A DNA stretch of 64,000 nt, from contig NC_052166.1 in assembly GCF_902713615.1 (NCBI RefSeq), forward strand, positions 1,798,001-1,862,000, written 5' to 3'. Positions 51,601 to 63,439 of the stretch are shown here, one piece after another (within the stretch, counting starts at the first letter, position 1; each line of letters opens with the position of its first letter). The position numbers were made by a program, and so were the translations under genes. The DNA comes from Scyliorhinus canicula (taxonomy: Eukaryota). Below the pieces are notes generated by a model. That model had not been told where the DNA came from, did no database searches, and was given only the letters and a program-made list of their open reading frames with translations.

Positions 51601-54600
51601 CTGGTCGGGTCCTAAAGGACATAGCTGCTTGACTGAAATTGCAGCAGGTGGTGAGGGAACCAACAAGAACTTAACCTCATCTCCACCAACTTGCCTGCAG
51701 CAGATGCACCTGTCTATGACAGTATCGATAGGAGTGACCACCGCACAGTCCATATGGAGACCGAGTCCCGTCTTCACACTGAGGAGACCCTCCATCGTGT
51801 TGTGTGGCACTACCACAGAGCTAAATGGGATAGACTTCGAACAGATCTAGCAACTCAAGACTGAGCATTCATGAGGTGCTGTGGGCCATCAGCAGCAGCA
51901 GAATAGCACTCAACCACAATCTGTAAACTCATGGCCTGGAATATCCCCCACTCTACTATTACTGCCAAGAAAGGGGATCATCCCAGGTTCAAAGAAGAGT
52001 ACAGGAGGGCATACCAGGAGCAACATCAGGCATACTGAAAAATGATGAACAGGAGATTCAACATCGAATCCTCTGCATCCACTCCAGTGTAATCACATCA
52101 TTCCTATGGTGTGGTGACCAGAACTGCACACAGTACTCTAGCTGTTTTTGCAGTTCCATCATAACCTCCCTGCTCTGAATATAATCAGATGGCTAAGGTT
52201 GATTGGGAAATAAATGCCGTTTGTCACTGAATGTTAGTGCATTAACTTTAGTGTTCAGGAGATGTCACTGCAAAATGTTTTTTCAATTGTAAATGAGTGA
52301 CTTACTGGTGATGGTACTTGAAGCATTTGTCAGCTTTATCATTTCGTTGGTGTTTTTTTGCAGCCGAAGATTGAGTCCACGAGCCATCTCTGTATAATAA
52401 ATCACTTCCTCTTGACCCAGTTCCTTTAGCCCGTCTGTCACTTTCCCATTTAAAACAAACGTTTGCGCTTCATAATCATAGAGCAAAAAGGGAATGGAAT
52501 TTATCGTGAAAACGTATATATTTCTATTTGAATCTGGTGTAGAGCGGTAGTAGAACCTTGCAGAAATGGATTCAACTTCTAGACAGAGAAAACAACAGAC
52601 AAATCACAAAATGAAATTTGACATTCGCAATTATATCACACCTCATCATGTCTCTCCAAACTGTGGCTAAAGTCTTCACAAACAAGGAATGACTTCTCAT
52701 GGCAGTGACTGTTGGACAGATAATACTCAATTTACTGAATAGTCATCATAGCACCAGCTACCAAATAGTGACAATGATACAAATAAAACAAGTAATCATA
52801 ATTCATAGCATAGTTATAGACAATCATTAAAATAAAATAATAAAAGATTTGCACAGTCATGAACATTTTAATCTGTAAATAATTACAAAACACTGCAAAA
52901 TGCAGTGCTTCTTAATTTACAAAATTAATGGTCTAAAGTCCATCGGTCATCGATTAAGTTTCCTAGTTTAATACATGACAGCCATTTTGTACACAATTCG
53001 ATCCCACAAACAACAATGAGCTGAATGCCCCATTCCTCCATTTTGTGTTTTTTTTGTCGCTTGAAGGTGGAATGTTGGCCAGGACACCAGGAGGTCTCCC
53101 TGCTCCTTTTCCACTAGTACCATGGGATCTTTAGCACCTACCTGAACAAGTGGACCGAACCTAAAATTAAATTTATGATCTTCAGTTCCTAAAGCGCAGC
53201 AACCCCTCATTGTTTGACTGACATCCTAAACTATGGACCTCAGTCAGGGTTAAATCAACAACTTGTGACTGAGTGAAACCAATTGTACAATTTACCCTCT
53301 ATATCGAGGACAATACTGAGAGATGGAAACACTCAACATACAGCAAGTCTGCTTGTAAACAAAGAACCATTTTTGAAATGTTAGATTGAAACAAATTTTT
53401 GAAACAAGGGTATATTTTCTGCTATTGCTTTTAAGGAATTCAGAAAGGTTCGCCCATCCTGTGCCAAGACCAATGGTAGGAGTGGGGCTAGGGATGAGGA
53501 GTATTTCCTACCTTAGTACAGTTGGCAGGAGAGCTGGTTCGTGATGTGCAGCGATGCGAACAGTCTTGGTTCAATTCCCATACTAGCTGAGGTTATTCAT
53601 GAAGGCCCAGCTTTCTCAACCTTGCCCCCCTGCCTGAGATGTGGTGACCTTCAGGTTAAATTACCCTCTCTCAAATGGGAGAGCAGCCTATTGTCCTCTG
53701 GATATGTGGCGGCATTTACATTTTATGGAGTTGCAGGAAGTCACACAACCTCAGCCTAATTAATTATGCAGCCGGGGTTCCTGATATTTCGCACCGTGGG
53801 TGGACTGGAAGGCTCGCGGTCTGCCATCATGTCTGGGAGCTATTTTTTAAAAGTGTCTGGACATCACAGACCTCCCATTGAAGAACAAAGATAGACCTCC
53901 TGAAGAAAGAAGATGGACCTCCAGGAACACTCTGATAGGAAGCTGGACCTCCTCAAGACACTGAAGCTTGAAGATCCACCTGATAGATGCTTCTTCCACC
54001 CTCTGCTATCTGTTCCAGGCTCCACGATCGCTGAAGGCCTCCATCTCGAACTCCGGAGGCAGCCCCAGACCTTCAATGTAGTAATCCAGGAGATACAAAG
54101 ATGAAGGTTTAACTAATTTTATTGATTTTTTTTTGGAAAACATTTTATTAAGGCATTTATGATTTTATAACAACGATTACAAATGTAAACATAACTCAGG
54201 AAATTACCCCCCCCCCCCCCCCCCCCCCCCCCACAACCATACCCAGCCAATATGGCTTATACACAGAATTCCCCAGTCCCTTCTCCTCCACTCGTTTATC
54301 TCGCCAAAACTAAATTAAATTATCTCCCCTTACCCCCTCAGAGTCCCTCCACACCAATAAGATCGGTCTCCAGGCTACTAAGATGGCAAAGGCCAAAACA
54401 TCAGCCTCTCTCATCCCCTGGACTTCCGTTTCTTCCGACACTCCAAAAATTGCCATGTCTGGACTCAGTGCCACCCTTGTCTTTAATACCGTGGACATGA
54501 CATCGGCAAATCCCTGCCAGAATCTCCTCAGCTTCGAACAAGCCCAAAACATGTGGACATGATTTGTGAGCTCTCCCGCACACCGCCATACTTGTCCTCC

Positions 54601-57600
54601 GCCCCTTCAAAAAACCTTCTCATCCGGGCCACCATCATGTGTGCCCGGTGGACCCCTTAAACTGTATCAGGCTGAGCCGAAGAGAAAATGCTGGAAAATC
54701 TCTGGAAGTCTGGCAGCATCTGTGGGGACAGAAAAGAGCTAACGTTTCGAGTCCGATGACTCTTTGTCAAAGCTGAGCCTGGCACATGATGAGGACGTGT
54801 TGACTCTGCTCAGAGCATCCTCTCATAGACCCACCAGCTCATTTTCCCACTTACGTTTTACCACCCCTCTCTGGGTTCCCTCCTATTCCATGAGCTCTTT
54901 ATAAATTTCTGAGATCTTCCCCTCCCCCACTCCTGTTTTCAAAACTACCTTTTCCTGTATCCCCTGGGGCGGTAGAAGCGGAAAGTTTGAAACCTGCCTT
55001 CATACAAAGTCCCTCACCTGCAGATAACGAAACACATTCCCTCCTGGCCGTTCAAATTCCTCCTCCAAATCCTCCAAACAAGGAAAGCTCCCATGGATAA
55101 ATAGGTCCCCCAGCCTCTCAATCCCTGCTCTCAGTCACCTCTGAAACCCTCCATCCAGCCTCCCCGGGAGAAACCGGTGATTACCACAAATTGGAGCCCA
55201 CACCGACGTTCCCTCCACTACCATGTGCTTCTGCCACTTCCCCCTTACCCTCAAAGCTGCCACTACCACCGGACTTGCGGAGTACCAAGCCGGTGAGAAC
55301 GGCAGAGGTGCCGTTACTTGTGCCCCTACATGATGCTGCCTCCACCCGCTCCCACACTGACTCCTCCCCCCACTATTCACTTCCTGATCATGGCTATATT
55401 TGCCGCCCAGTAATAGTTCTTAAAGTTCAGTAAGGCCCCCACGCCCCTCTGCCCCGCTCCTACACCACCTTCCTTACTCGCGGGGTTTTACCAGCCCATA
55501 CAAACCCAGAGGTCATAGCATTTACCCTCTTAAAAAAGTTTTTGGGATAAAAATAGGAAGACACTGGAAAATAAACAAAACTCTCAGGAGAACCATCATC
55601 TTTACGGTCTGTACCCTCCCTGCCAGTGACAGCGGGAGCATGTCCCACCTCCGAAAGTCCTTCTTCATTTGCTCAACTAACTGGGCCAGATTTAATTTAT
55701 GTAACTGTTCCCATCCCCGTGCCATGAAAACGCCCACCCACCACTTTAAACGACATCTCCCCCAGCCTCCTATCCTTCCCCCTCGCCTGGATCACAAAGA
55801 CCTCACTTTTACCCATATTCAATTTATACCCCGAGAACCAGCCAAATTCCCCTTGGATCCGCATTATCTCTGCCACCCACCCTAAACGGGTCAGAAATAT
55901 AGAGGAGTAGGTCGTCCGTGTATAACGAGACCCTGTGCTCCACCCCCCCTCCCCCCCCGGGCTAACCCCTTCCTGTCCTTTGAGGCTCTCAGTGATAATG
56001 CCAATGGCTCTATAGCCAAAGCGAACAACAGTCGAGAGAGTGGACATCCCTGCCAAGTCCCACGGTAGTCTAAAATAGCCCGAGCTCACTCGGTTTGTCC
56101 GCACACTCGCCACCGGTACAACAACCGGACCCAGTCTACAAAGCCCTGCCCAAACCCAAACCACCCCAGACCTCCCACAGAAAATCCCACTCCACCCGGT
56201 CAAAGGCCTTTTCCACATCCATAGCCACCACCACCTCCACCTCCCTACCCTCGGAGGGCATCATGATAACATTCAAGAGCCTTCTAATGTTGGTCGTTAA
56301 CTGCCTTCCTTTGACAAATCCCGTAGGTCCTTCCCTATCACTCCTGGGACACAATCCTCTAGACGCCAAAATCTTGGCCAGTAATTTGCGTCTACTTTTA
56401 AAAGGGAGATTGGTCTACATGACCCGCATTGTTCTGGGTCCTTCTCCCACTACAGAATCAAAGAGATCGAAGCCTGTGACATTGTTGGGGGAAGGACACC
56501 TCGTTCCCTTGCCTCATTAAACGCCCTCACCAGCAAGGGCCCCAGCACCCCAGAAAACTTCTTGTAGGGTTCCACTGGTTACCTGTCCGACCCCGGGACC
56601 TTGCCCGACTGTATAGCCTCCAATCCCTCCACTACTTCAAAGAGCCCAATCGGCCTCCACCTACTCTTCCTCCACCCTTGGAAACTCCAGTCCTTCTAAA
56701 AACCACCTCATCACCTCCACCCTAGCTGGGGTTCCGACTCGTACAGCCTTCTATAAAATTCCTTGAACATATCGTTCACCCCTGCTGGGTCCAAGATGGT
56801 GTTCCCCCCTCTATCCTGAACTCTTCCTATCTTCCTCGCCACCTCCCATTTCCTAAACTGGTGTGCTAGCATCCTGCTGGCCTTCTCCCCATACTCATAT
56901 GCAGCCGCTATAGTCTTCCTCAACTGCCCCAATGCCTTGCGCTGTAGATAACAATCCAAATTCCATCTGTGGCTTCCACTGCTCCTTCAACAGCCCCGCA
57001 TCCGAGTACCTCCTGTCTACCTGAATAATCTCCCTAACCAGCCTGACCATCTCTGCCCGCTCCACCTTCTCCCTATGCGCCCGTATTGAAATAAACTCCC
57101 TCCTTACCACTGCCTTCAACGCCTCCCATACCGTTATCTCCACAATTCTGAATGGCCTCCCTTACCCACCCACATATCTCATTCTCTGCTAACAGTCCTA
57201 CATCTAATCTCCAGTGCGGGCGCTGCCCCCCCCCCCCCCCCCCTTGCTCACCTGTACATCCACCCAATGTGGGGCATGGTCCGACATAACAACTGGCGAG
57301 TACTCGCTATCTACCCCTGCCAGGAAGGCCTTATCCAAAACGAAAAAGTCGATCTGGGAGTAAACCTTGTGGACATGGGAGGAAAAAGACAACTCTTTCG
57401 ATCTCGGCCGTCCAAACCTCCACTTTTTACCATCTGTTCCATAAACCCCTTTAGTTCCTTTGCCGTCACTGGCACCCTCCCTGTCCTCGAGCTCGACTGA
57501 TCCAGCCTCGGATCAGTAACCGTATTAAAGTCCGCGCCCCACCCCGCCCCCATGATCAGATGATGCGAGTTCAGATCCGGAACCTTCCCTAACACCCGCC

Positions 57601-60600
57601 TCAGAAACTCTAAGTCATCCCAGTTCGGCACATAAATGTTCACCACCGGCATCCCCTCCAACATCCCACTCACCATAATGTTCTGATGTCAGCAAGGAGG
57701 TGCCTGAAGGTCTGCTCCCCTATAATACAATTCCTACAGTGCAGAAGGAGTCTGCACTGACCCTCTGAAATAGCACCTTACCCAGCCCCATTCCCCCACC
57801 CTATTCCCATAGCCCCATTTAACCTGCACATCTTTGGACACTACTGGGAAATTTAGCATACTAAATATCCATACTGAGTGCTGAATTTGTGTGCATTTGA
57901 GTGCTATAGTGAGAGTTTGGTGACTGAGGGATATTAAGGGTTTATTTTTAATGTTTATCTAAAGTCTAGTCTTCCTGTTATTTAGTTAATTAACTTAAAA
58001 GTTGCTGTTTGGTTGAGAAGAAGATGAATTTTCAATCAGCTTTATACAAAGGTTCTACTTGCAACTACTTACAGTTGGAGCTTGTTAATTAGTTAATTGG
58101 ATTAGGCCAGTTTTCAGAGGCCAGAGTCACAGTATAAATCTGAGCTAGTTACAGTGCAGACTTTACACTGAGCTCTGTATTTCTGTGCATTTGAGTGCTA
58201 TAGTGAGGGTTTGGTGACTGAGGGAGTGCTGAATTTGAGTGCTATAGTGAGAGTTTGGTGACTGAGGGAGTGCTAAATTTGGGTGCATTTGAGTGCTATA
58301 GTGAGGGTTTGGTTAGTGAGGGTTTGGACTGAGGGAGTGCTGAATTTGTGTGCATTTGAGTGCTACAGAGAGAGTTTGGTGACCGAGGGAGTGCTGAATT
58401 TGGGTGCATTTGAGTGCTGTAGTGAGAGTTTGGTGACTGAGAGAGTGCGGTGAGGAAGGAGCAAGGTGCTCCTTTCATTTCATTTCCTACATTTCCTCAA
58501 AGAGCGTAAAGGGAGCCGGGAGTTTACAGAGAGTGCAGCTGATTGGTGGCAGAGTCGGAGGGCGGAGTTCCAGTTGGTCCACAGTGCAGCTCTATTCTGT
58601 AAGGTAAGAGGGAATGGAGGCTAGGGCAGTTGCATGCTGCTCCTGTCGGATGTGGGTGGTGAGGAATACCAATGGTGTCCCCGCTGACTATACCTGCGGG
58701 AAGTGCACCCAACTCCGGCTCCTCAGAAACTGTTAGGGAAGTGGAGCTGGAGCTGGAAGAACTTCGGAGCATCCGGGAGGCAGAGGGGGTAATAGAGAAG
58801 ACTTACAGGAAGGTAGCCACACCTAAGGTACAGGACAAGAGTAACTGGGTTACAGTCAAGGGAAAGAAAATAAACGGGCAGACAGTGCAGGGATCCCCCG
58901 TGGCCGTTCCCCTTCAAAACAAGTATACCGTTTTGGATGCTGTTGGGGGGAAATGACATACTGGGGGAAGGCCCTAGCGGCCAGGTCTCTGGCACTGAGT
59001 CTGGCTCTGAGGCTCAGAAAGGAAGGGAGGAGAATAGAAAAGCAATAGTGATAGGAGACACAATGGTTAGGGGAATAGATAGGAGATTCTGTGGTCGCGA
59101 GCAAGACTCCCTGGAAGGTATGTTGCCTCCCGGGTGCCAGGGCCAGGGATGTCTCGGATCCTGTCTTCAGGATCCTTAAGGGGGAGGGGGAGCGGCCAGA
59201 AGTCGTAGTGCATATTGGTACCAAAGACGTAGGTTGCAAAGAGATATCGATAGGATGCAGAGCTGGGGCCAAAAAAGCAGATGGAGTTCAACCCTGATAA
59301 GTGCGAGGTGATCCATTTTGGTAGAAAAAATTTGAATGCGGATTACAGGGTCAACGGCAGGGTTCTGAGGAATGTGGAGGAACAGAGAGATCTTGGGGTT
59401 CATGTCCACAGATCTCTGAAGGTTGCCACTCAAGTGGATAGAGCCGTAAAGAAGGTTTATAGTGTGTTAGCGTTTATTAACAGGGGGCTTGAGTTTAAGA
59501 GCCGTGGGGTTATGCTGCAACTATAGATGACCCTGGTGAGACCACATTTGGAGTATTGTGTGCAGTTCTGGTCACCTCATTATAGGAAGGATGTGGAAGC
59601 ATTGGAAAGTTGCAAAGGAGATTTACCAGGATGCTGCCTAGTTTGCAGGATAGGTCTGATGAGGAAAGGTTGAGGGAGCTAGGGCTTTTCTCTTTGGAGC
59701 GGAGGAGGATGAAAGGCGACTTAATAGAGGTTTATAAGATGATGAGCGGGATTGATAGAGTGGACGTTCAGAGACTATTTCCTCGGATGGATGTAGCTGT
59801 TACAAGGGGCCCTGTTTTGTGATACGGTGGATGTCCGATGTTGAGCATGCTGCAGTCATAGAATCATAGAATTCCTCCAGTGCTGAAAGAGGCTGTTCAG
59901 CCCATCGAGTCTGCAATGACCTTCTGAAGGAGCATCCTACCTAGGCCCATGCCCACACCCTATCCTCACCTGAGCTACACACTTTGGACACAAAGGAGCA
60001 ATTTAGCATGGTCACCTTTGGACTGTGGTAGGAAACCAGATCACCAGGAGTAAACCCACATAGTCATGAGGAGAAAGCGCAAACTCCACACGGACAGTCA
60101 CCCGAGGGTGGAATTGAACTGGGTCCCTGGTCCGGGTCTGGGACGGTATTTAAAACGCTCCATATGAAGTTCCAGCTGGATGGGCCTCGGCCTGTTTCCA
60201 TTGAAACTCGTACTCCGAGCCCCACGGGGAGACATACGAGTGATCCCTCGTGGTCCTCATGAGGGTCATCACATTCAAGTAAGTCCCAACATATACAGAT
60301 GTATTCTGGACAAACGACAGCACGGACATGGAAGGACAATTATGGTTGGACCTGCATCTGCATTCTATTTGCAGGATGCAAATAGGTTTCACACAGGCGT
60401 CTGACAGGACCTGCCATGGTGTCCAGCAGTGTAAGTTCCTGCCGTCATTTTGCAGCAACGTCAAATCCGTTTTTTTTAACCTACAGCTGCAACTTTCTCC
60501 TCACCTCGGCCATGAAGCCCACTGTGTGGGGCAGGGAGAATTCTGACAATTAACTCTTAAGGTCACAATCATGAAACTCTCACCCTTGGAGGCTGAATTC

Positions 60601-62018
60601 AGCTACTCATATTCAGTAAGATATAAACAGACACTGAGACAAGGAGTACGATTCACCCAAATGAGAACATATTGCCGTAGCGAGTACGTTTATTTAGCCA
60701 CGTGTTTCCCTGCCCTCGCAGTGCTGGGAAACACATGACTATTCAACACGACCTGCATTGTATAAAGGGTCTCAACGGGGAATGCGCGGCATGGCCACAC
60801 ATAGCCCCATTTTGTACACATTGCTCTGCTTGCCAAAACTCCCCAGTGTAGCGAAAGCCCGGGACGCCATTTTTAAATGGTGTCCCGATCTCCGGGGGCC
60901 CGAAGCAGTCCCCAACCTCCCCCGAGCCCGAACACATTACGGGAGAGTCTTCGCCCCATCCCCTCACCCCTCTCCAACACCCAGGAACTCCTGGCCTGAT
61001 CACAATGCGCAAACATGCCAGCTTGGCAATGCCAACCTGGGCACCTTGGCAGTGTCAGGCTGGCACCCAGGTGTCACTGCCAAGGTGCCCAGTTGACACA
61101 TTCCCGCCAAAAGGGCATGCAGCTGGGGGGCCTGGGGTCCCCTGGGAGTGCCATTCCGTCTGATCCCTGTTTGTGGGGACCAGTCCTGAACGACTAACTG
61201 TCTCGCTCTATTATGCCGATTTGCCAAAACGTGATCCCGCCCATTACGGACGGGGTTCACATTGCAACGTCTTGCGAGATCGCCTCGGATCTCATGAAAT
61301 GTGGCAAGCCGGGTAGACCCCGGGAGCCGGGTTTCCTGGCTTTCAACGGCCACGCTGCGCTGCAGCGAGCTGTTTTTCCAGCGCAGCGTGGCCACTGGAT
61401 CATGCCCAATGACACAAAACACAAGTTTTCATTCCCATTTCTTCATCCACATGCTCCCTTTCCTTTTTTTTAAATTTAGAGTACCCAATTCTTTTATTCT
61501 AATTAAGGGGCAATTTAGCGTGGCCAACCCACCTACCCTGCACATCTTTGGGTTGTGGGGGCGAGACCCACGCAGACACGGGGAGAATGTCCACACGGAC
61601 AGTGACCCGGGGCGGATCGGACCCGGATCCTCAGCACCATGAGGCAGCAGTGCTAACCACTGTGTCACCCCTTACATACTCCCTTTCCAATACAAAATAT
61701 TTTGGAAGATCTCGGAGTGTAGACTTGCACCCTGTTGGTGAGGGCTGAATTGGGAATCAAACCCCCCCAAAAGATGAAAGCAAACTTAATTGATGTACCT
61801 TGGATCTTACTTGGGTAATTTTATTCAGAGACTCCAGATCAAGAGGTGAGAATCTCAGAGAGTAGAATAGGAAACTACAAGATTAATTCTGGAACGCCAC
61901 AGCAAGAGGTCCCAAACTCCCCTCCTCTGCAGTGTGTCCCCACAATACACTCACCAATCTCTGCTCTCGTTACTGCTGTCAGTGAGGAGATGATTATTAG
62001 GAAGCTCCAGAGTTCCAT
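48587..62018 (-). CDS. WA: MHC-family class II-type alpha chain with beta2-microglobulin-like alpha2 domain (W-category alpha, WA-like); join(complement 61955..62018, 52306..52578, 50225..50506, 48738..48849, 48587..48623); 768 nt, 255 aa
   Basis: Five exons with canonical GT-AG sites and compatible phases (1,1,1,2) splice into one uninterrupted ORF: [255 protein letters not shown]. The MHC-family call is firm; the W-category assignment is inferred from residue motifs. Confidence 0.85.
48738..48849 (-). CDS. WA-like exon 4, connecting peptide and transmembrane domain
   Basis: Acceptor ttttaaacag|, donor |gtgagt; 112 nt, phase 1-2. [24 protein letters not shown] has the C-x-x-G...G-x-x-G-x-x-x-G pattern of class II alpha TM segments (DRA VVCALGLTVGLVGIIIG). 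Confidence 0.9.
49698..49894 (+). mobile_element. Short V-SINE in WA-like intron 3
   Basis: 17-bp TSD atgaactcatt[g/a]gctca. Confidence 0.88.
50225..50506 (-). CDS. WA-like exon 3, alpha2 Ig C1-set domain
   Basis: Acceptor tttctattatag|, donor |gtatgt; 282 nt, phase 1-1. C1-set motifs N-x-L-x-C-Y, F-Y-P, NG, Y-x-C-x-x-x-H-x-x-L-x-x-P. Confidence 0.95.
50600..52160 (+). mobile_element. Old CR1-group fragments in WA-like intron 2
   Basis: [13 protein letters not shown]-like RT start; [10 protein letters not shown] and SDHRTV endonuclease motifs. Confidence 0.65.
52306..52578 (-). CDS. WA-like exon 2, alpha1 (membrane-distal) domain
   Basis: Acceptor ttttctctgtctag|, donor |gtaagt; 273 nt, phase 1-1, open frame. 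C-terminal [16 protein letters not shown] resembles class II alpha1 ends (DRA NLEIMTKRSNYTPIT) and includes the N-x-S sequon. Confidence 0.85.
54120..57685 (-). mobile_element. L1-like LINE ORF2, 5'-truncated and degenerate, in WA-like intron 1
   Basis: [49 protein letters not shown]; AATAAA and A tail. Confidence 0.9.
57880..59815 (+). mobile_element. CR1 LINE with a large internal deletion (5'UTR repeats and ORF1 joined to the RT C-terminus near 59233)
   Basis: Same 5'UTR and ORF1 as the 4930-8205 copy; VHIGTKDV is followed directly by LQRDID...[14 protein letters not shown]. Confidence 0.88.
61464..61673 (-). mobile_element. Short A-tailed V-SINE in WA-like intron 1
   Basis: 15-bp TSD acat[g/a]ctccctttcc. 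Confidence 0.88.
61955..62018 (-). CDS. WA-like exon 1, signal peptide ([19 protein letters not shown]|EI)
   Basis: ATG at 62018, hydrophobic core and T-R-A cleavage-type motif; 64 nt ending in phase 1 at a strong G|GTGAGT donor, matching the phase of the alpha1 exon. Confidence 0.75.
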
Positions 62019-62330
62019 GTTGAGAAATTACCGTCTGTTTCTCCAGGATCTCTCAATCAATGTGAATGGAGACTGAGTGTAACTCGGCACATTGATCGAT
62101 GTAACTGCGCTGTGATTCAAGAATGTAACTCAATCTCACCACCCAGTCTCATCATCAGAGGCTCATTTCACAATCAGTCACTTTACCAACAACATTTCTA
62201 GCCTTCAAATATTTCCCACTTGGCTTCGGTTCAATAACTGAACCAGTTGTTCAGGAATGTGCGTCTAAATATTTACCTACGTAACAAGTAAGATGTTAAG
62301 GCACCCTTAACATCTCAACACTGAGTTCAG
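62019..62330 (-). promoter_or_regulatory. Putative promoter/5' flank of the WA-like gene
   Basis: Unique sequence immediately upstream of exon 1. Contains a Y-box-like CTGATTG (plus strand 62171-62177), three GTAACT copies and an 11-bp inverted repeat. Confidence 0.4.
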
Positions 62331-62699
62331 AGTTGGGGGTGGGGAGAGGTGAGGATATAGTAGAAACTACAGCACAGAACAGGCCCTTCGGCCCTTGCTT
62401 TTGTGCCGAGCATTGTCTGAAACCAAGATCAAGCTATCCCACTCATTGATTGATTGACTGATGAGTTAGAGTCAGGTGTTGAGGGGGTTGGAGTGGGGAT
62501 AGGTGCAGTGATGTGTTTTTAATAGGGGCTGAGTGGTCTGGAATGGGGTTGATCAGGTTAGAATGAGGGTGTGACTGTGAGTGGGGCAGATAAGGAACTC
62601 AGAGGGCAGGCTGCAGAAGTATCAGCCTATTGTCCAATAGGTTCTCTCAGCTTGTTTGTGTGAGAGTGGGGGTTACGGGTGAGAGAGCAAATTGACCAT

Positions 62700-63160
62700 A
62701 GCACCATGGTACATAAATCTATTCAAGTTGGGGGAGTATATAAGAATAAGGGGACAGTATGGTGAGGGGGGTTGACACAGTTCTCTGTTGTAAAGAGCGA
62801 GAGCCCAGCTATGTTGCCTGCCCGGTGCCAGGGTTTGGACATCTGCTCAAGATTGGAGAGGAGCTTGCAGTGGGAGCGGGAGGGTCCAGTTGTTGTGGTC
62901 CACGTCGGTACCAACAACATCAATAGAACCATGACAGAGGTTCTGAAAAGACAGTTTGAGAAACTTGGGACTAAATTAGGAAGCAGAACCTTAAAGGTAA
63001 CAATCGCTGGATTATTATCTGAGCCACATGTAAATTGACATAGTCTTTCATAAAATAAGAGAGATGAATACATGGCTCAAAGACTGGTGTGGGATAAATG
63101 GGGTCCAGATTGTGGGGCACTGACACCAGTGTAGGGAAAAGTGGGAACTGTACTGTTGGG
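62700..63160 (+). mobile_element. CR1 ORF1 SGNH-esterase fragment
   Basis: MLPARCQG...PVVVVHVGTNNI...KVTIAGLL. Confidence 0.75.
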
Positions 63161-63247
63161 ACAGTCTATACCTGTGTTGCCAATCGAAATACTATCCCAC
63201 CAGTGTCACCAATAATGTTGCTCGTTAGAGTCGCAAATATGATACTG

Positions 63248-63428
63248 AGGGGCTGGTTTAGCTCACAAGGCTAAATCGCTGGCTTATAAAGCAGACCAAG
63301 CAGGCCAGCAGCACGGTTCGATTCCCGTACCAGCCTCCCCGGACAGGCGCCGGAATGTGGCGACTAGGGGCTTTTCACAGTAACTTCATTGAAGGATACT
63401 CGTGACAATAAGCGATTTTCATTTCATT
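63248..63428 (+). mobile_element. tRNA-derived SINE (same family as 7793-7962)
   Basis: Sequence match to 7793-7962. Confidence 0.85.
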
Positions 63429-63439
63429 TTTATGATATG

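Noticed and set aside
52642-52708. 67-nt exon-like segment just upstream of the alpha1 exon
   Set aside because: Inclusion would shift the frame, the donor is weak (GTGTGA), and the intron would be only 63 nt.
53296-53339. Closer alternative first exon ([14 protein letters not shown])
   Set aside because: Not hydrophobic, and ends in phase 2 while the alpha1 exon needs phase 1.
48587-62018. Calling the gene a classical MHC class II alpha
   Set aside because: alpha2 lacks the central C-strand Trp and carries beta2m-type Y10/L54/DW60. Not fully excluded without a phylogeny.
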